From the NCBI GenBank assembly GCA_016839705.1, contig JAEOTR010000023.1, positions 33,144 through 97,143 on the forward strand: a DNA stretch of 64,000 bases, given 5' to 3'. Numbering within the stretch: the stretch's first letter is position 1; each line of letters starts with the position of its first letter. The stretch comes from Promethearchaeota archaeon (GTDB lineage Archaea > Asgardarchaeota > Lokiarchaeia > Sigyniarchaeales > SOKP01). The notes below the pieces were generated by a model. The model made no database searches and had not been told where the DNA came from. It was given only the letters and a program-made list of their open reading frames with translations. Both the position numbers and the translations under genes were made by a program. Shown here piece after piece: positions 40,063 through 52,795 of this stretch.

Positions 40063-41487
40063 TTAAGTCAGTTTCCACCGAGGACCATCTGTCTTATCTT
40101 CGATTTGGATACCTACAGCTCGCAGTTTTTCCCTTATTTGATCGCTTAATTCATAGTTCTTTTCCTTTCTTGCTTTTTCTCTAATGTTGATTATGAGGTC
40201 CATTAGCTTATTTATTTTAGCATCATCTACTCCTTTCTTTTTAGTAAAATCAAGGCCAAAAACACCTAGTAACTCTAGTAATGTGTTTCCCGCTTCATCA
40301 AGAATCTCTTTCTTATTATCTAGCGATGAATTTATTTTTGTAATAAATTCATGAATCGCAGCGAGTGCTTTAGGGAAGTTAAAATCATCATCCATCGCTT
40401 CTTCAAAGACTTTCTTTACATCATCTATTGCTTGATTTAAGTTTGTATTACTTCCCCCAGGAGAATCTTTTATCAAGCTTAAACTGTTTTGAATTCTTGA
40501 AATGTTCTTCTTAGCATTTTCTATAACATCTGGATTCCAATCAACAGCAGATCTATAATGACCAGATACTAAACCCATTCGTACAACTAATCCTCCATGT
40601 TTATCAATTAGTTCACGAGCAGTCACATAATTACCAAGACTTTTGCTCATTTTTTTACCATTTAATGTTATAAATTCAGCATGCATCCAATTACGAACAA
40701 ATTTTTTTCCTGTTGCTGCTTCAGCTTGAGCGATTTCATTTGGATGATGAGTAGGGATATGATCTATTCCTCCACCATGAATATCAATTGTCTCACCTAA
40801 ATATTTCATTGCCATAACAGAACATTCGAGATGCCATCCTGGATATCCTTCACCCCATGGAGAGTTCCATCTCATAACATGTACTTGATCACCCTTCTGA
40901 GCATTTAACCACAGAGCAAAATCAAAAAAGTTCCTTTTTAAAGGATCTTGATCGACTCGAGCTTTAGCTGATTCTTCATCAAGTTTTAACCGGGAAAGTT
41001 TGGTGTAATCATTGAATTTAGAAATGTCATAATATACATTACCTTGTACTTCATAGGCGTACCCTTTTTCCAAAAGAGTTTCAACCAGTTCAATCATTTC
41101 AGGTATAAGTGAAGTTGCTCGAGGAGTAATGTTGGGCCTATTTATATTTAAATCATCAATCACATGCCAATACTCTTCTATTTGTTTATCAACAAGTTCC
41201 CATGGATTAACTTTTTGTTCTCGTGCTCTTTTCTCAATTTTATCTTCTCCTTGATCTGCGTCATCAGTTAAATGACCCACATCTGTAAAGTTTTGAACAT
41301 GAAATACATTATACCCTTTATACCGCAAATATCGAATCACCACATCCCAGGAACTATAAGTTCTTGCATTCCCTATATGTACATCATCATAAACGGTTTG
41401 ACCACATGTATAGATTTTTACAGTATCTTCTTCGAGAGGGGTAAAAATTTCCTTCTCTCTTGTCATTGTATTATAGATTTTGAGCAT
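40063..41487 (-). CDS. cysS: Cysteine--tRNA ligase
   Basis: CGQTVY, HIGN, GYPGWHLECS, DIHGGGIDH, KMSKSLGN. Confidence 0.97.
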   Translation of the reverse strand: MLKIYNTMTREKEIFTPLEEDTVKIYTCGQTVYDDVHIGNARTYSSWDVVIRYLRYKGYNVFHVQNFTDVGHLTDDADQGEDKIEKRAREQKVNPWELVDKQIEEYWHVIDDLNINRPNITPRATSLIPEMIELVETLLEKGYAYEVQGNVYYDISKFNDYTKLSRLKLDEESAKARVDQDPLKRNFFDFALWLNAQKGDQVHVMRWNSPWGEGYPGWHLECSVMAMKYLGETIDIHGGGIDHIPTHHPNEIAQAEAATGKKFVRNWMHAEFITLNGKKMSKSLGNYVTARELIDKHGGLVVRMGLVSGHYRSAVDWNPDVIENAKKNISRIQNSLSLIKDSPGGSNTNLNQAIDDVKKVFEEAMDDDFNFPKALAAIHEFITKINSSLDNKKEILDEAGNTLLELLGVFGLDFTKKKGVDDAKINKLMDLIINIREKARKEKNYELSDQIREKLRAVGIQIEDKTDGPRWKLT

Positions 41488-41562
41488 GACTAAGAAAAGT
41501 ATAAAGAAATATAATAATTTTATGGAGTTTGAATTTAATTGTAAAATTGATAAAAATAGAAA

Positions 41563-44418
41563 TTAATTTTTTATTTCTATATACGCTTCAATTATCTGAT
41601 TATCTATTTTGATTTTCTTAACACCCTCCTTACCTTCAACAGTATTAAATATATTATCTGCTTGTATCAATTTTTTAATTTTTTCTCCATGATATTTAAG
41701 TGATTCTAGAATTTCAGTACTACTTGTAGTTAAAAATAGATCAATTCTATTTCTTATTGATAAGTTTAATTTTTTTCTATAGTTGTTTAAATGTCTAATC
41801 AGATTTCTCGCAATACCTTCAAGTTTTAATTCTGATGTAATTTCTGTATCGAGTTCGACTATTAAATCATTCTTGTCCCCAACCTCAATTTTCACATTTC
41901 TCACATTTATAGCCCCTGCAATGACTTCTAAATACTCTTCTTCAAGAGTTGCTCCTCTTAATATTAATTTCTGTAAAACTTGTCTTATAGGAATTTTAGA
42001 TTCTTCTCTTAATTCTAATGATCTCTTTACAATTTCTCTTGATAATTCCATTTTCTCATGTATCCTCAGATCGATTGGTTTATCATCAAATTCAGGCCAA
42101 AACTCTAAATGAACAGAATTTGAATGGACAAATCCTCTTTCTTTTAATTTTTGATATATCATCTCAGCTATAAACGGCGTTAGAGGAGCTAGTAATTTTG
42201 ATAAATTCGAAAGAATATATGATAATGTATTCATCGCAGATGATTTTTCCTGTATATCTTCACTCTTAAACCGCTCTCTACTGTTTTTAACATACCACGT
42301 TGAGAGATCTTCAACAAAATTATAGAATAGCCTACTTACTTCTGCAGTATCATAGTCATCCATTCGTTCCGTTACTTCCCGAATTAAGACGTTCATTAGA
42401 CTTATAATCCATTTATCTAAGATATTATTTGAAAGGTGTGAATAATTTGTTAGATCGTTGGTTTTAATCATTGAGTAGAACCGCAGAACGTTTATTAACA
42501 ACAAATTGAATCTTCGAAAAACCTGTTTTACTATTTCTTCTTTAAAATTTAGATCTTGAGCTCTCATCAACTGTGAAGATAAAAGATAGATTCTCAAAGC
42601 ATCTGCTCCATATTTTTCAATCATTAAGTTGGGATCGGGGAAATTTCTTTTTGATTTAGACATTTTAGTACCGTCTTCAGCGAGTATGATACCATTTACT
42701 ACCACATTTTTAAAAGGAATATCATTAAACAAAAGAATTGATATTACATGCATATAATAAAACCACGCTCTCACCTGTCCAATGTACTCTGAAACAAAAT
42801 CGCTTGGAAAATTATTATTAAACCATTCTACATTTTCAAAGGGATAATGTTTTGCAGCATATGGCATTGAACCTGATTCTAACCAACAATCAAAAACTTC
42901 CGAGATACGATTCATAGTTTTACCACAATTTGGGCACTTAAGATGGATTTCATCGACGATATGTCTATGCAAATCCAAATCATCAGGGACTTCATCGATT
43001 GCACACTCTTGTAATTCTTTAATAGAACCAATCACTTTAACGGTTTTACAGTCCGGACATTCCCAGATTGGCATTGCTGTAGCCCAAAATCGATTTCTAG
43101 AAATACACCAATCAGGAGCGGTTTCAATTATGTTTTGATATCTTTTGGAAACTTCTTTCGGATACCAATTGATGTGATTGTTGGTTTCTAAGAGTCGTGG
43201 TTTTATTTGTTGAACATCTATAAACCACGCATCAAGGGCATTATAAATAAGTGGTGTATCGCATCTATAACAAAATGGATATGAATGGGTGTAGTCTTCT
43301 GAATCGAATAAAAGATTTCTTCCTTCCAAATCCTCTAAGACTTCTTTGTCTACATCTTTAAACCATAGTCCAATCCAATTTTTCGGACCACTCACTAAGA
43401 GTCCTTGCTCATCAATATGTTGAATTATTGGTAAATTATATTTTTTAATCATTTCATAATCAAATTCACCATAAATAGCCATGTGAATAATGCCTGTTCC
43501 TTCATCTGATAGTACATCTTCTCCACCATCTATAACTATATAACCTTTATCGTTTGTATCTGTGAATATTGGATATAATGGTTCATATTCTTTACCAAGT
43601 AATTCTCTTCCCTTAAAAGTTTCAATGATTTTATAGTCGTTTTTAATGATATCCAATTTATTTTCAATCAAAATTAGAAATTCATCACCAACTTTTATTT
43701 TGATATAGTTTTCTTCACTATTTATAGCTAAAGCAACGTTTCCAATCAAAGTCCAGGGTGTTGTAGTCCAAGCTAGAAGAAATGTGTTTGGATCTTCTTT
43801 TAATTTGAATTTAGCAGTTATAGATTGTTCTGTTACATCTTTATAACTATTATCCATTGAAATCTCAAAGTTAGAGAGGGGAGTTTCGCACCGTGGACAA
43901 TAATACAATACTTTTTTGCCTCTATACACAAATCCTTCAGTAAATATCTTCTTAAAAATGTACCACACGGATTCCATGTATGTATTATCCATAGTTTTAT
44001 AAGAATTATCAAACTCTATCCACCTACCCATTCGTTCTACAGTATTTTTCCATTCACTAGTATACCAGAGTACTTTTGAACGACAAAATTCATTGAAATT
44101 TGCAATCCCCATCTTAAAAATTTCATTTTTCTGTTTCAAATTAAGAGCTCTTTCACAGATACTTTCAATTGGGAGACCGTGACAATCCCAACCCCATCTC
44201 CTCTCACAACGGTATCCTTTCATTGTCCAATATCTGGGAAATAGATCCTTTGTTACAAAACTTAATATATGACCATAATGAGGTAATCCAGTTGCGAATG
44301 GAGGTCCATCATAGAATATATAAGATTTATTCGCTGGATTTTGCTCCACACTTTTTTCAAAGATTCGATTATGATTCCAAAATTGGATGAGTTCTATTTC
44401 TTTTTCATTATAAGACAT
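41563..44418 (-). CDS. ileS: Isoleucine--tRNA ligase (type 2)
   Basis: FYDGPPFATGLPHYGH, GWDCHGLP, WTTTPWTL, DWCISRNRFW, KMSKS. Confidence 0.97.
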   Translation of the reverse strand: MSYNEKEIELIQFWNHNRIFEKSVEQNPANKSYIFYDGPPFATGLPHYGHILSFVTKDLFPRYWTMKGYRCERRWGWDCHGLPIESICERALNLKQKNEIFKMGIANFNEFCRSKVLWYTSEWKNTVERMGRWIEFDNSYKTMDNTYMESVWYIFKKIFTEGFVYRGKKVLYYCPRCETPLSNFEISMDNSYKDVTEQSITAKFKLKEDPNTFLLAWTTTPWTLIGNVALAINSEENYIKIKVGDEFLILIENKLDIIKNDYKIIETFKGRELLGKEYEPLYPIFTDTNDKGYIVIDGGEDVLSDEGTGIIHMAIYGEFDYEMIKKYNLPIIQHIDEQGLLVSGPKNWIGLWFKDVDKEVLEDLEGRNLLFDSEDYTHSYPFCYRCDTPLIYNALDAWFIDVQQIKPRLLETNNHINWYPKEVSKRYQNIIETAPDWCISRNRFWATAMPIWECPDCKTVKVIGSIKELQECAIDEVPDDLDLHRHIVDEIHLKCPNCGKTMNRISEVFDCWLESGSMPYAAKHYPFENVEWFNNNFPSDFVSEYIGQVRAWFYYMHVISILLFNDIPFKNVVVNGIILAEDGTKMSKSKRNFPDPNLMIEKYGADALRIYLLSSQLMRAQDLNFKEEIVKQVFRRFNLLLINVLRFYSMIKTNDLTNYSHLSNNILDKWIISLMNVLIREVTERMDDYDTAEVSRLFYNFVEDLSTWYVKNSRERFKSEDIQEKSSAMNTLSYILSNLSKLLAPLTPFIAEMIYQKLKERGFVHSNSVHLEFWPEFDDKPIDLRIHEKMELSREIVKRSLELREESKIPIRQVLQKLILRGATLEEEYLEVIAGAINVRNVKIEVGDKNDLIVELDTEITSELKLEGIARNLIRHLNNYRKKLNLSIRNRIDLFLTTSSTEILESLKYHGEKIKKLIQADNIFNTVEGKEGVKKIKIDNQIIEAYIEIKN

Positions 44419-44511
44419 ATTTTTTCACCATATCTTTAGATCTCAAATGTTCTAAAATTTTATAAAAAATATTTGTTTAAATTTTAAAGATTTAAATCAT
44501 GGTCCTTGCTA

Positions 44512-44560
44512 TTCATGAAGCAGGATGTGGGAAAAAGGCTACGAGAATCTACTTCATGAA
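44512..44560 (-). promoter_or_regulatory. 12-bp hairpin in the ileS leader with a U-tract in the loop
   Basis: UUCAUGAAGUAG / CUGCUUCAUGAA; loop contains CCUUUUUCCCACAUC. Confidence 0.6.
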
Positions 44561-44569
44561 GAGAATAAT

Positions 44570-44659
44570 TTACCTAATAATAATAATGGATGTGATTATA
44601 ACTATATTTTCTAGTGATTTTAAGGAATTAAAATATTCACTCATAGCATCCACATCCAT
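44570..44659 (-). CDS. Ile-rich leader peptide (uORF) of ileS
   Basis: MDVDAMSEYFNSLKSLENIVIITSIIIIR*; 7 of the last 11 codons are Ile, including ATT x4; alternative start ATG at 44644. Confidence 0.7.
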   Translation of the reverse strand: MDVDAMSEYFNSLKSLENIVIITSIIIIR

Positions 44660-44844
44660 GTTTATATTATAAATAAGGACAGCAAATTTTAAAAACATGA
44701 TGGTGGTTTAACCTAATTTGTTATATCACAAAGAATAACAACTATTCTTAAGCTCAAATATAAAAAAAATGAATTTATCAGATAAGTATAATTCATTCAA
44801 ATCATATTGAATAATTCTAAAATTAAGAACTTTAAGGTGAATTA

Positions 44845-45273
44845 ATGAGGTCTATTGAATCCAAGATTAAACGTGTCATAGTAGGAAAAGTTGAACCTGA
44901 TGAAGATATAATTGATTCAATAATCGAAATGATAAATAACTATAATATTAAATCGGGCCTAATTAATTGTATAGGAGCTTTAAAAAAATTTACCTTGGGA
45001 TATTTTGATTTTAATTCAAAAGAATATTTGAGGAAAGAATTTGGCGAGTTTGTTGAATTAGTTTCATGTATGGGAAACATATCATTTAAGGATGGAGAAC
45101 CAATAGTTCACCTCCACGCTTCTATAGGCACAAAAGATTATACGATATTAGGGGGTCATTTATTCCAACCAAGTATAGTCTCAATAACCGGTGAAGTATA
45201 TATCTTTGAAATAGATAAAAAATTAAACAGAACCGAAGATCTTCAATTTGGCTTAACTCTTTTGAATATTTAA
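44845..45273 (+). CDS. PPC/DUF296-domain protein
   Basis: IGAL, ELVSCMGNIS, VHLHAS, GGHL. Confidence 0.9.
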   Translation: MRSIESKIKRVIVGKVEPDEDIIDSIIEMINNYNIKSGLINCIGALKKFTLGYFDFNSKEYLRKEFGEFVELVSCMGNISFKDGEPIVHLHASIGTKDYTILGGHLFQPSIVSITGEVYIFEIDKKLNRTEDLQFGLTLLNI

Positions 45274-45290
45274 TAACGGGTACATATAAA

Positions 45291-45836
45291 ATGGTAGAAA
45301 AAAAGATTGATTTGAAATTAGCACTCCTAGGAGATCCCGCTGTAGGAAAAACGTCTTTAATTAATCGTTATACAGAAGAGGGTTTTAAAGAAAATTATCA
45401 ACCCACACTAGGAGTTAATATTGTAATGAAAAAATTGAAAATTGAGGAAATAGAAGCTCAACTCGCCATTTGGGATATTGCAGGTCAAGATAAATCTGAC
45501 TTAACCCGGAAGATGTTTTTTGAAGGATGCACGGGAAGTCTCCTTGTGTATGATATAACAAGATCATCAACCTTTGACAGAATTCAATCAAAATGGCTTG
45601 AAGATTTTAAGAAATTTGCACGACCAGATGGAGTCTATATTTTAATTGGAAATAAAATCGATTTAAAGAATTTAAATGCTGTATCTACTGAAAAGGGTCA
45701 AAGATTAGTCGAAAAAATTCAAGCAAGCGATTTCATTGAAGATAGTGCAAAACTTGGGGATAATGTTGAAACTACTTTTAAAAAACTAGTTATTCAAGCA
45801 TTAAGTAATTTTGACATAAATCTTGAATTAAAATAA
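45291..45836 (+). CDS. Rab-like small GTPase
   Basis: GDPAVGKTS, PTLG, WDIAGQ, NKID, SAK. Confidence 0.93.
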   Translation: MVEKKIDLKLALLGDPAVGKTSLINRYTEEGFKENYQPTLGVNIVMKKLKIEEIEAQLAIWDIAGQDKSDLTRKMFFEGCTGSLLVYDITRSSTFDRIQSKWLEDFKKFARPDGVYILIGNKIDLKNLNAVSTEKGQRLVEKIQASDFIEDSAKLGDNVETTFKKLVIQALSNFDINLELK

Positions 45837-45898
45837 TAGCCAGGTAATTTATAGATAATATTGATTTTTAATATAATATATATAGAAATTAAGTACAG

Positions 45899-46462
45899 AT
45901 GATTGGAGACTATAAGGGAGAAGTGAAGTATAACGTTATCACAGCACTTTTTCAGGCTTATCATGATATACTTGATTATGATGGAATGAAATCCATTTTA
46001 AAAGAAGCCGAAATGCTCCATTTAAAAAATATACGAGATGAGGATCAAAATCAATATTTAGATTTTTTTTCTTTTAAAAAAATTATTTCTGCCCAAAATT
46101 GTTTATTATATGATTCTTCAATGCTGTTGTTTGAAATTGGAAAGAAGTTTTCTTTTTATTTATTCCCTTATGGTAAAAACTTTGAAGAAATCATTCAAGA
46201 AATTAATTCTACTATAATTACAGATTGGAAAGTTGAAATTTTAGAAAGGAGCAATGATTTAATTACAATTTCAGTTCAAAAGTGCATTTTTTGTTCTGAG
46301 ATTGGAGTTCCATGTGATTTGTTCAAAGGATTTTTGGTACATTCATTAGAGAAGGCATTACCTTCAGAATTTAATGTCCTATATTATGGAGACAGAGAGA
46401 ATGTAGATCATCCAGATCATAATACCTTTATTTTGAAATTGAAAATTGAGAAAAAATATTAA
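45899..46462 (+). CDS. V4R-domain protein
   Basis: LFEIGKKF, ITISVQKCIFC, CDLFKGFL. Confidence 0.65.
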   Translation: MIGDYKGEVKYNVITALFQAYHDILDYDGMKSILKEAEMLHLKNIRDEDQNQYLDFFSFKKIISAQNCLLYDSSMLLFEIGKKFSFYLFPYGKNFEEIIQEINSTIITDWKVEILERSNDLITISVQKCIFCSEIGVPCDLFKGFLVHSLEKALPSEFNVLYYGDRENVDHPDHNTFILKLKIEKKY

Positions 46463-46523
46463 ATAGACTCTCAACAAAATATAAATTGCAGAAGATCGAT
46501 AGAAGAAATCTTTATTATCGTTT

Positions 46524-46557
46524 GAACCTGAGAAGACATTATATACTTTTCAGGTTC
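46524..46557. promoter_or_regulatory. 12-bp inverted repeat/hairpin upstream of a GTPase gene
   Basis: GAACCTGAGAAG / CTTTTCAGGTTC, directly after a TATA-like CTTTATTAT. Confidence 0.4.
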
Positions 46558-46676
46558 TCAAATCTATAATTATTGATAGAAGAAAATATTATAAAGATAA
46601 AAGTCAAATTACAAATTAATCAATCTATTAAAATTGATACACTTTTATATCCAAGCAAAAATACAGAAAATTCAAA

Positions 46677-47243
46677 ATGACGGTAGAAAAGCCTAAGGAA
46701 TTACGCGAATTTGTATTTAAAATTGTTATTTTGGGGAATGCAGCAGTAGGTAAAACCTCTTTAATTAATCAGTTTGTTGAAAAAGCATTTAAAGAGGATT
46801 ACAAGCCAACCTTAGGAGCAAATATCATCAGAAAAGACGTTGATATTGATGGGGAAGATGCTCATAGTAAAATCAGATTGATAATGTGGGATTTAGCCGG
46901 ACAAGAAAAGTATAGCGTTATTCGATCTATGTACTTCCAGGGATGTGAAGGGGCATTACTAGTGTATGATGTTACTAGGTATAATACTTTTGAAAGTATA
47001 AAATCTAAATGGTTGAGAGATTTTAAGAAATATATCAGAAAAGAAAGTGTGTATATCTTAATTGGAAACAAAACTGACTTGAGTGATCAACGGGTAGTCC
47101 CTACTGAAAAGGGAAAAGAGTTAGCAGAAAATATTAAGGCTAATCATTTTATTGAAACAAGCGCAAAATTAGGAGAAAATATAGAAGAGGCTTTTCTGCT
47201 TTTAGTAAAGCAAATCTTAAGTAACCATGGTGTAAATCTTTAA
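46677..47243 (+). CDS. Rab-like small GTPase
   Basis: GNAAVGKTS, PTLG, WDLAGQE, NKTD, ETSAK. Confidence 0.94.
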   Translation: MTVEKPKELREFVFKIVILGNAAVGKTSLINQFVEKAFKEDYKPTLGANIIRKDVDIDGEDAHSKIRLIMWDLAGQEKYSVIRSMYFQGCEGALLVYDVTRYNTFESIKSKWLRDFKKYIRKESVYILIGNKTDLSDQRVVPTEKGKELAENIKANHFIETSAKLGENIEEAFLLLVKQILSNHGVNL

Positions 47244-47329
47244 CAAATTTTAATAGCCTGAAAAAACTCTTTTTTGTATCATTATATATATCCTAACTTA
47301 TTCAGAAATTCTTATATAGAGAGGTTGTT

Positions 47330-48481
47330 ATGAAAGATATTTCTCACACAGTTTCTAAAGCGCCAAAATCAGGTATTAGAGCGCTTTTTGATCTTGCTGC
47401 AGGTCGTTCAGATATTATTAGTTTAGGTATTGGTCAACCAGATTTTCAAACTCCTGATATAGTTATACAAGGAAATATTGATGCTTTAAAAAAAAAGATT
47501 ACACATTATGCTCCGACAAGGGGAGTACCAGAGTTACTAAAACTAATAGAAAATAAACTGAGAAAATCAAATAATATCCAAGTTAAATGGGAAGAAAATA
47601 TCATACTCACAAATGGTGGTAGTCACGCAATTAGCCTGGCTTATGCTTCCATATTTAATCCGGGGGATGAACTAATCATTTCTTCTCCTAATTTTGTGTC
47701 ATATTTTTACTGTGGACTTTTTTATGGTGTAAAAGTTATTGAAGTAGAGAGGAGGGAAGATTTTTCACCTAACATTGATGGAATAGAAAAAGCAATAACA
47801 GATAAAACAAAAGCATTACTACTTAACACCCCTAATAATCCTACGGGTAATGTGTTAAAAATAAATGAATTAAAGAAGATTGTAGATATTGTAATAAAAA
47901 ATGATTTATATTTGATTACTGACGAGGTGTATGAAAACTATATATTTGAAGGATTAAAACATACCAGTCCCGCTTCCTTAAATGGAATGTTTGAACGTAC
48001 TATTACAATTAACGCGATGTCAAAACTCTTCTCTGCTACAGGATTTCGATTAGGTTATGCTGTGGCTTCAGCACAAATCATTGATTTAATGGAAAAATAT
48101 CTCCAATATACTGTTGCAGGAACGAACCACGCTGCTCAATATGGATTCATTGAAGCTTTGAAAATGGATATAGAATTCTTCACTAAAGTATGGAAAAGTT
48201 TTGATAAACGACGATTATTTGTCTATAACCGATTAAAAGAAATAGGTTTTGATGTAGTAAAACCTCTCGGGGCTTTTTACATAATGCCCTCCACTAACAA
48301 TTTCAATATAAGTGGGTTACAGTTCTCTCAAAAAATAATGAAAGAAAAAGGTGTAGCTATTGTACCAGGCTCAATTTTTGGAGCCTATTCAGAGGATATG
48401 ATCAGAATTTCATATGCAACTGAATTAAAAAAACTTGAAGAAGCTATGAATAGAATTGAACAATTCGTTAAAAATTTGTAA
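47330..48481 (+). CDS. Class I/II PLP aminotransferase (aspartate aminotransferase-like)
   Basis: GQPDF, NTPNNPTG, DEVY, SKLFSATGFRLG. Confidence 0.94.
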   Translation: MKDISHTVSKAPKSGIRALFDLAAGRSDIISLGIGQPDFQTPDIVIQGNIDALKKKITHYAPTRGVPELLKLIENKLRKSNNIQVKWEENIILTNGGSHAISLAYASIFNPGDELIISSPNFVSYFYCGLFYGVKVIEVERREDFSPNIDGIEKAITDKTKALLLNTPNNPTGNVLKINELKKIVDIVIKNDLYLITDEVYENYIFEGLKHTSPASLNGMFERTITINAMSKLFSATGFRLGYAVASAQIIDLMEKYLQYTVAGTNHAAQYGFIEALKMDIEFFTKVWKSFDKRRLFVYNRLKEIGFDVVKPLGAFYIMPSTNNFNISGLQFSQKIMKEKGVAIVPGSIFGAYSEDMIRISYATELKKLEEAMNRIEQFVKNL

Positions 48482-48524
48482 AAAACATAAAAGATAAATT
48501 AATATTAAAAATGAGATTAGTATT

Positions 48525-48869
48525 ATGATTAAAATTTTAACAAACGTATGGTATCCCGTCGAGAAAAGTGAAGACGTTGGTAAAAAATATTTGGAAATTG
48601 AAAAGGTATTTCCTTTCCCTCCGGTTATAAAACCTGTAACACCCTGGGAAACTTGGGCAACTAAATATGGTTTAAAAGGATCAGGGATATTCGAAGTAGA
48701 AGATGACAATTTTGAAGAAGGAATAAATTATTTTGCCCGACGTTTGACTATGTATGCTAATGATATAGAAGGATATAAATTCGAGATAGCAGCTTCAGTC
48801 ACAAGTAAGAAAGCAAGGACTTTGATTGGTAAAGAAATATCCGAATTTCTACTTCCAGAAGAAGATTAA
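48525..48869 (+). CDS. Hypothetical protein
   Basis: 114-aa ORF with plausible globular composition. Confidence 0.7.
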   Translation: MIKILTNVWYPVEKSEDVGKKYLEIEKVFPFPPVIKPVTPWETWATKYGLKGSGIFEVEDDNFEEGINYFARRLTMYANDIEGYKFEIAASVTSKKARTLIGKEISEFLLPEED

Positions 48870-49085
48870 TACAAACAAATTATCGAAAAAAAGTATATCT
48901 TTTTTACCATTTAAAAAATTTGGATTTATTATAGATCATAACAGTCCAGCATATGAATTCAATGATGAAACAAAAATGAGTTATTGGGATTTATAGAACT
49001 AATACCATACATGAAAATTAAAACTGAATAATAAAATTTGGATAATTAAAAATAAAGAAATGTAAATTATTGATTCATTTCTCAA

Positions 49086-51386
<2,301 letters not shown>

Positions 51387-51460
51387 TTAAAATATCTAAA
51401 TACAAGTATTTAAATTATTAATGCTTTATTTTCTTTTGCCTTAATTTTTATAAAATTTTT

Positions 51461-52285
51461 TTACATAAACTTATCAGAGATTTTAATTGTTAGGTTTGAT
51501 TCAAGGTATTTTTTGAAAGCTGTAACAATTTCAAGTTCCTTAAGAGCTTTATTTTTATAGAGTTTTACAAATATCTTCCGGGTTTTAATAATTTTTTTTT
51601 TCAATGGCAAAAGCTTAGGGTTTTGCAAAAGTTTTCCCACATAAATTCTAGTTATTTTATCCAAATTTTGATTATCCCAATTCAATGAATCTTCTAAATT
51701 CCTTTCTTTTTGTAATTTCTTTTGTGATTCATTTAATTTTTTTATCAATCCATCTACTATAACTTCAACTTCATTGTGTAAATCCTTGATTCGAGATAAA
51801 TCAATTTTTACTGTCGGGTAATCCCATTTATATTTTCCAAAATCATCAAATTTCATTTGAATATTGCCTATGATTTCATTCGGAATTGGTTCTCCTCTAG
51901 TTTTATTCCATATTAAGCATATTTCAAAAGGAGTGGAGATGTAGATAATAAAAAAGTTTATATTAAAATTATCAGCAAGAATCTTCAAATCGTGCCTCAT
52001 ACTTGAGAAATAATTCAGATCATCACTGATTACTACATTACCTTTACTTAATTCGTTACTTATTTCTGCTAAATTTCTTTCCCTAACAATTGGCTCGAGA
52101 TTATAGTCAAACTTGTCAGGAGCCATTGCGCGGCGAATAATATCGGGATCTATTATTCGAATAGAAAAATTGGTAAACCTTTCTTTTAATATCAGTTTTA
52201 ATTTTGTAGCAAAAGTAGTTTTACCTGATGCTGGTAATCCCGTTAAACAGATTAAGAAGTTTTTATTTACCAACTTTATTCTCAA
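51461..52285 (-). CDS. pstk: O-phosphoseryl-tRNA(Sec) kinase / KTI12-like P-loop kinase
   Basis: LTGLPASGKTT, DPDIIR, SDDLNYFSSMRHDL, KYKWD. Confidence 0.8.
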   Translation of the reverse strand: MRIKLVNKNFLICLTGLPASGKTTFATKLKLILKERFTNFSIRIIDPDIIRRAMAPDKFDYNLEPIVRERNLAEISNELSKGNVVISDDLNYFSSMRHDLKILADNFNINFFIIYISTPFEICLIWNKTRGEPIPNEIIGNIQMKFDDFGKYKWDYPTVKIDLSRIKDLHNEVEVIVDGLIKKLNESQKKLQKERNLEDSLNWDNQNLDKITRIYVGKLLQNPKLLPLKKKIIKTRKIFVKLYKNKALKELEIVTAFKKYLESNLTIKISDKFM

Positions 52286-52292
52286 TTGACTA

Positions 52293-52580
52293 TTATATAT
52301 AGATACTATTTATTAGCTCTTTTTTTTCTTTCCTTGAAAAAGTTTTAATCTCTAATTCACGCTTCATTGCTTCCTTTCTATTTGTAAAGGTCTCAAAATA
52401 TTTCAATTCAAGATGCTTTTTTCCTCGACAAAATTTAGCACCTTTTCCACTTCGATGTTCATTCCATCTTCTATAGAGATTGTTTGTATATCCTGTATAA
52501 AATCTCTTTTTTCCATTCTTCGCGATTGTTTCTAATATATAGACGTAAAAAACGGGCAAAAAGTCTTCACTAAGTGACAA
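52293..52580 (-). CDS. GIY-YIG nuclease (UPF0213/YhbQ-like)
   Basis: YVYIL, YTGYTNNLYRRWNEH, GAKF, EAMKRE. Confidence 0.9.
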   Translation of the reverse strand: MSLSEDFLPVFYVYILETIAKNGKKRFYTGYTNNLYRRWNEHRSGKGAKFCRGKKHLELKYFETFTNRKEAMKRELEIKTFSRKEKKELINSIYI

Positions 52581-52795
52581 ATTACTATTGTCTTATTTAT
52601 TTTTTTAGTTATTCTCCATAAATTTATACCAATTATAATCAATTTTTAACCCAAAGACAATGAATCCTAATAACTTTTGATTGATTAAGTTAAGAACAAC
52701 TAAATTTTTATTGATAAATGATATTATTTTATTAATAAGGTTATTTTTTCTGGTTTTTTCCCCCAGATCTATTAATGATACAATCATAGAAAAAA

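Noticed and set aside
44419-44720. T-box riboswitch before ileS
   Set aside because: No T-box consensus (GGUGGNACC) on the coding strand; the uORF model fits better.
48962-49027. C/D box sRNA (ATGATGA ... CTGA)
   Set aside because: No convincing C'/D' boxes or guide spacing; could equally be a decayed gene fragment.
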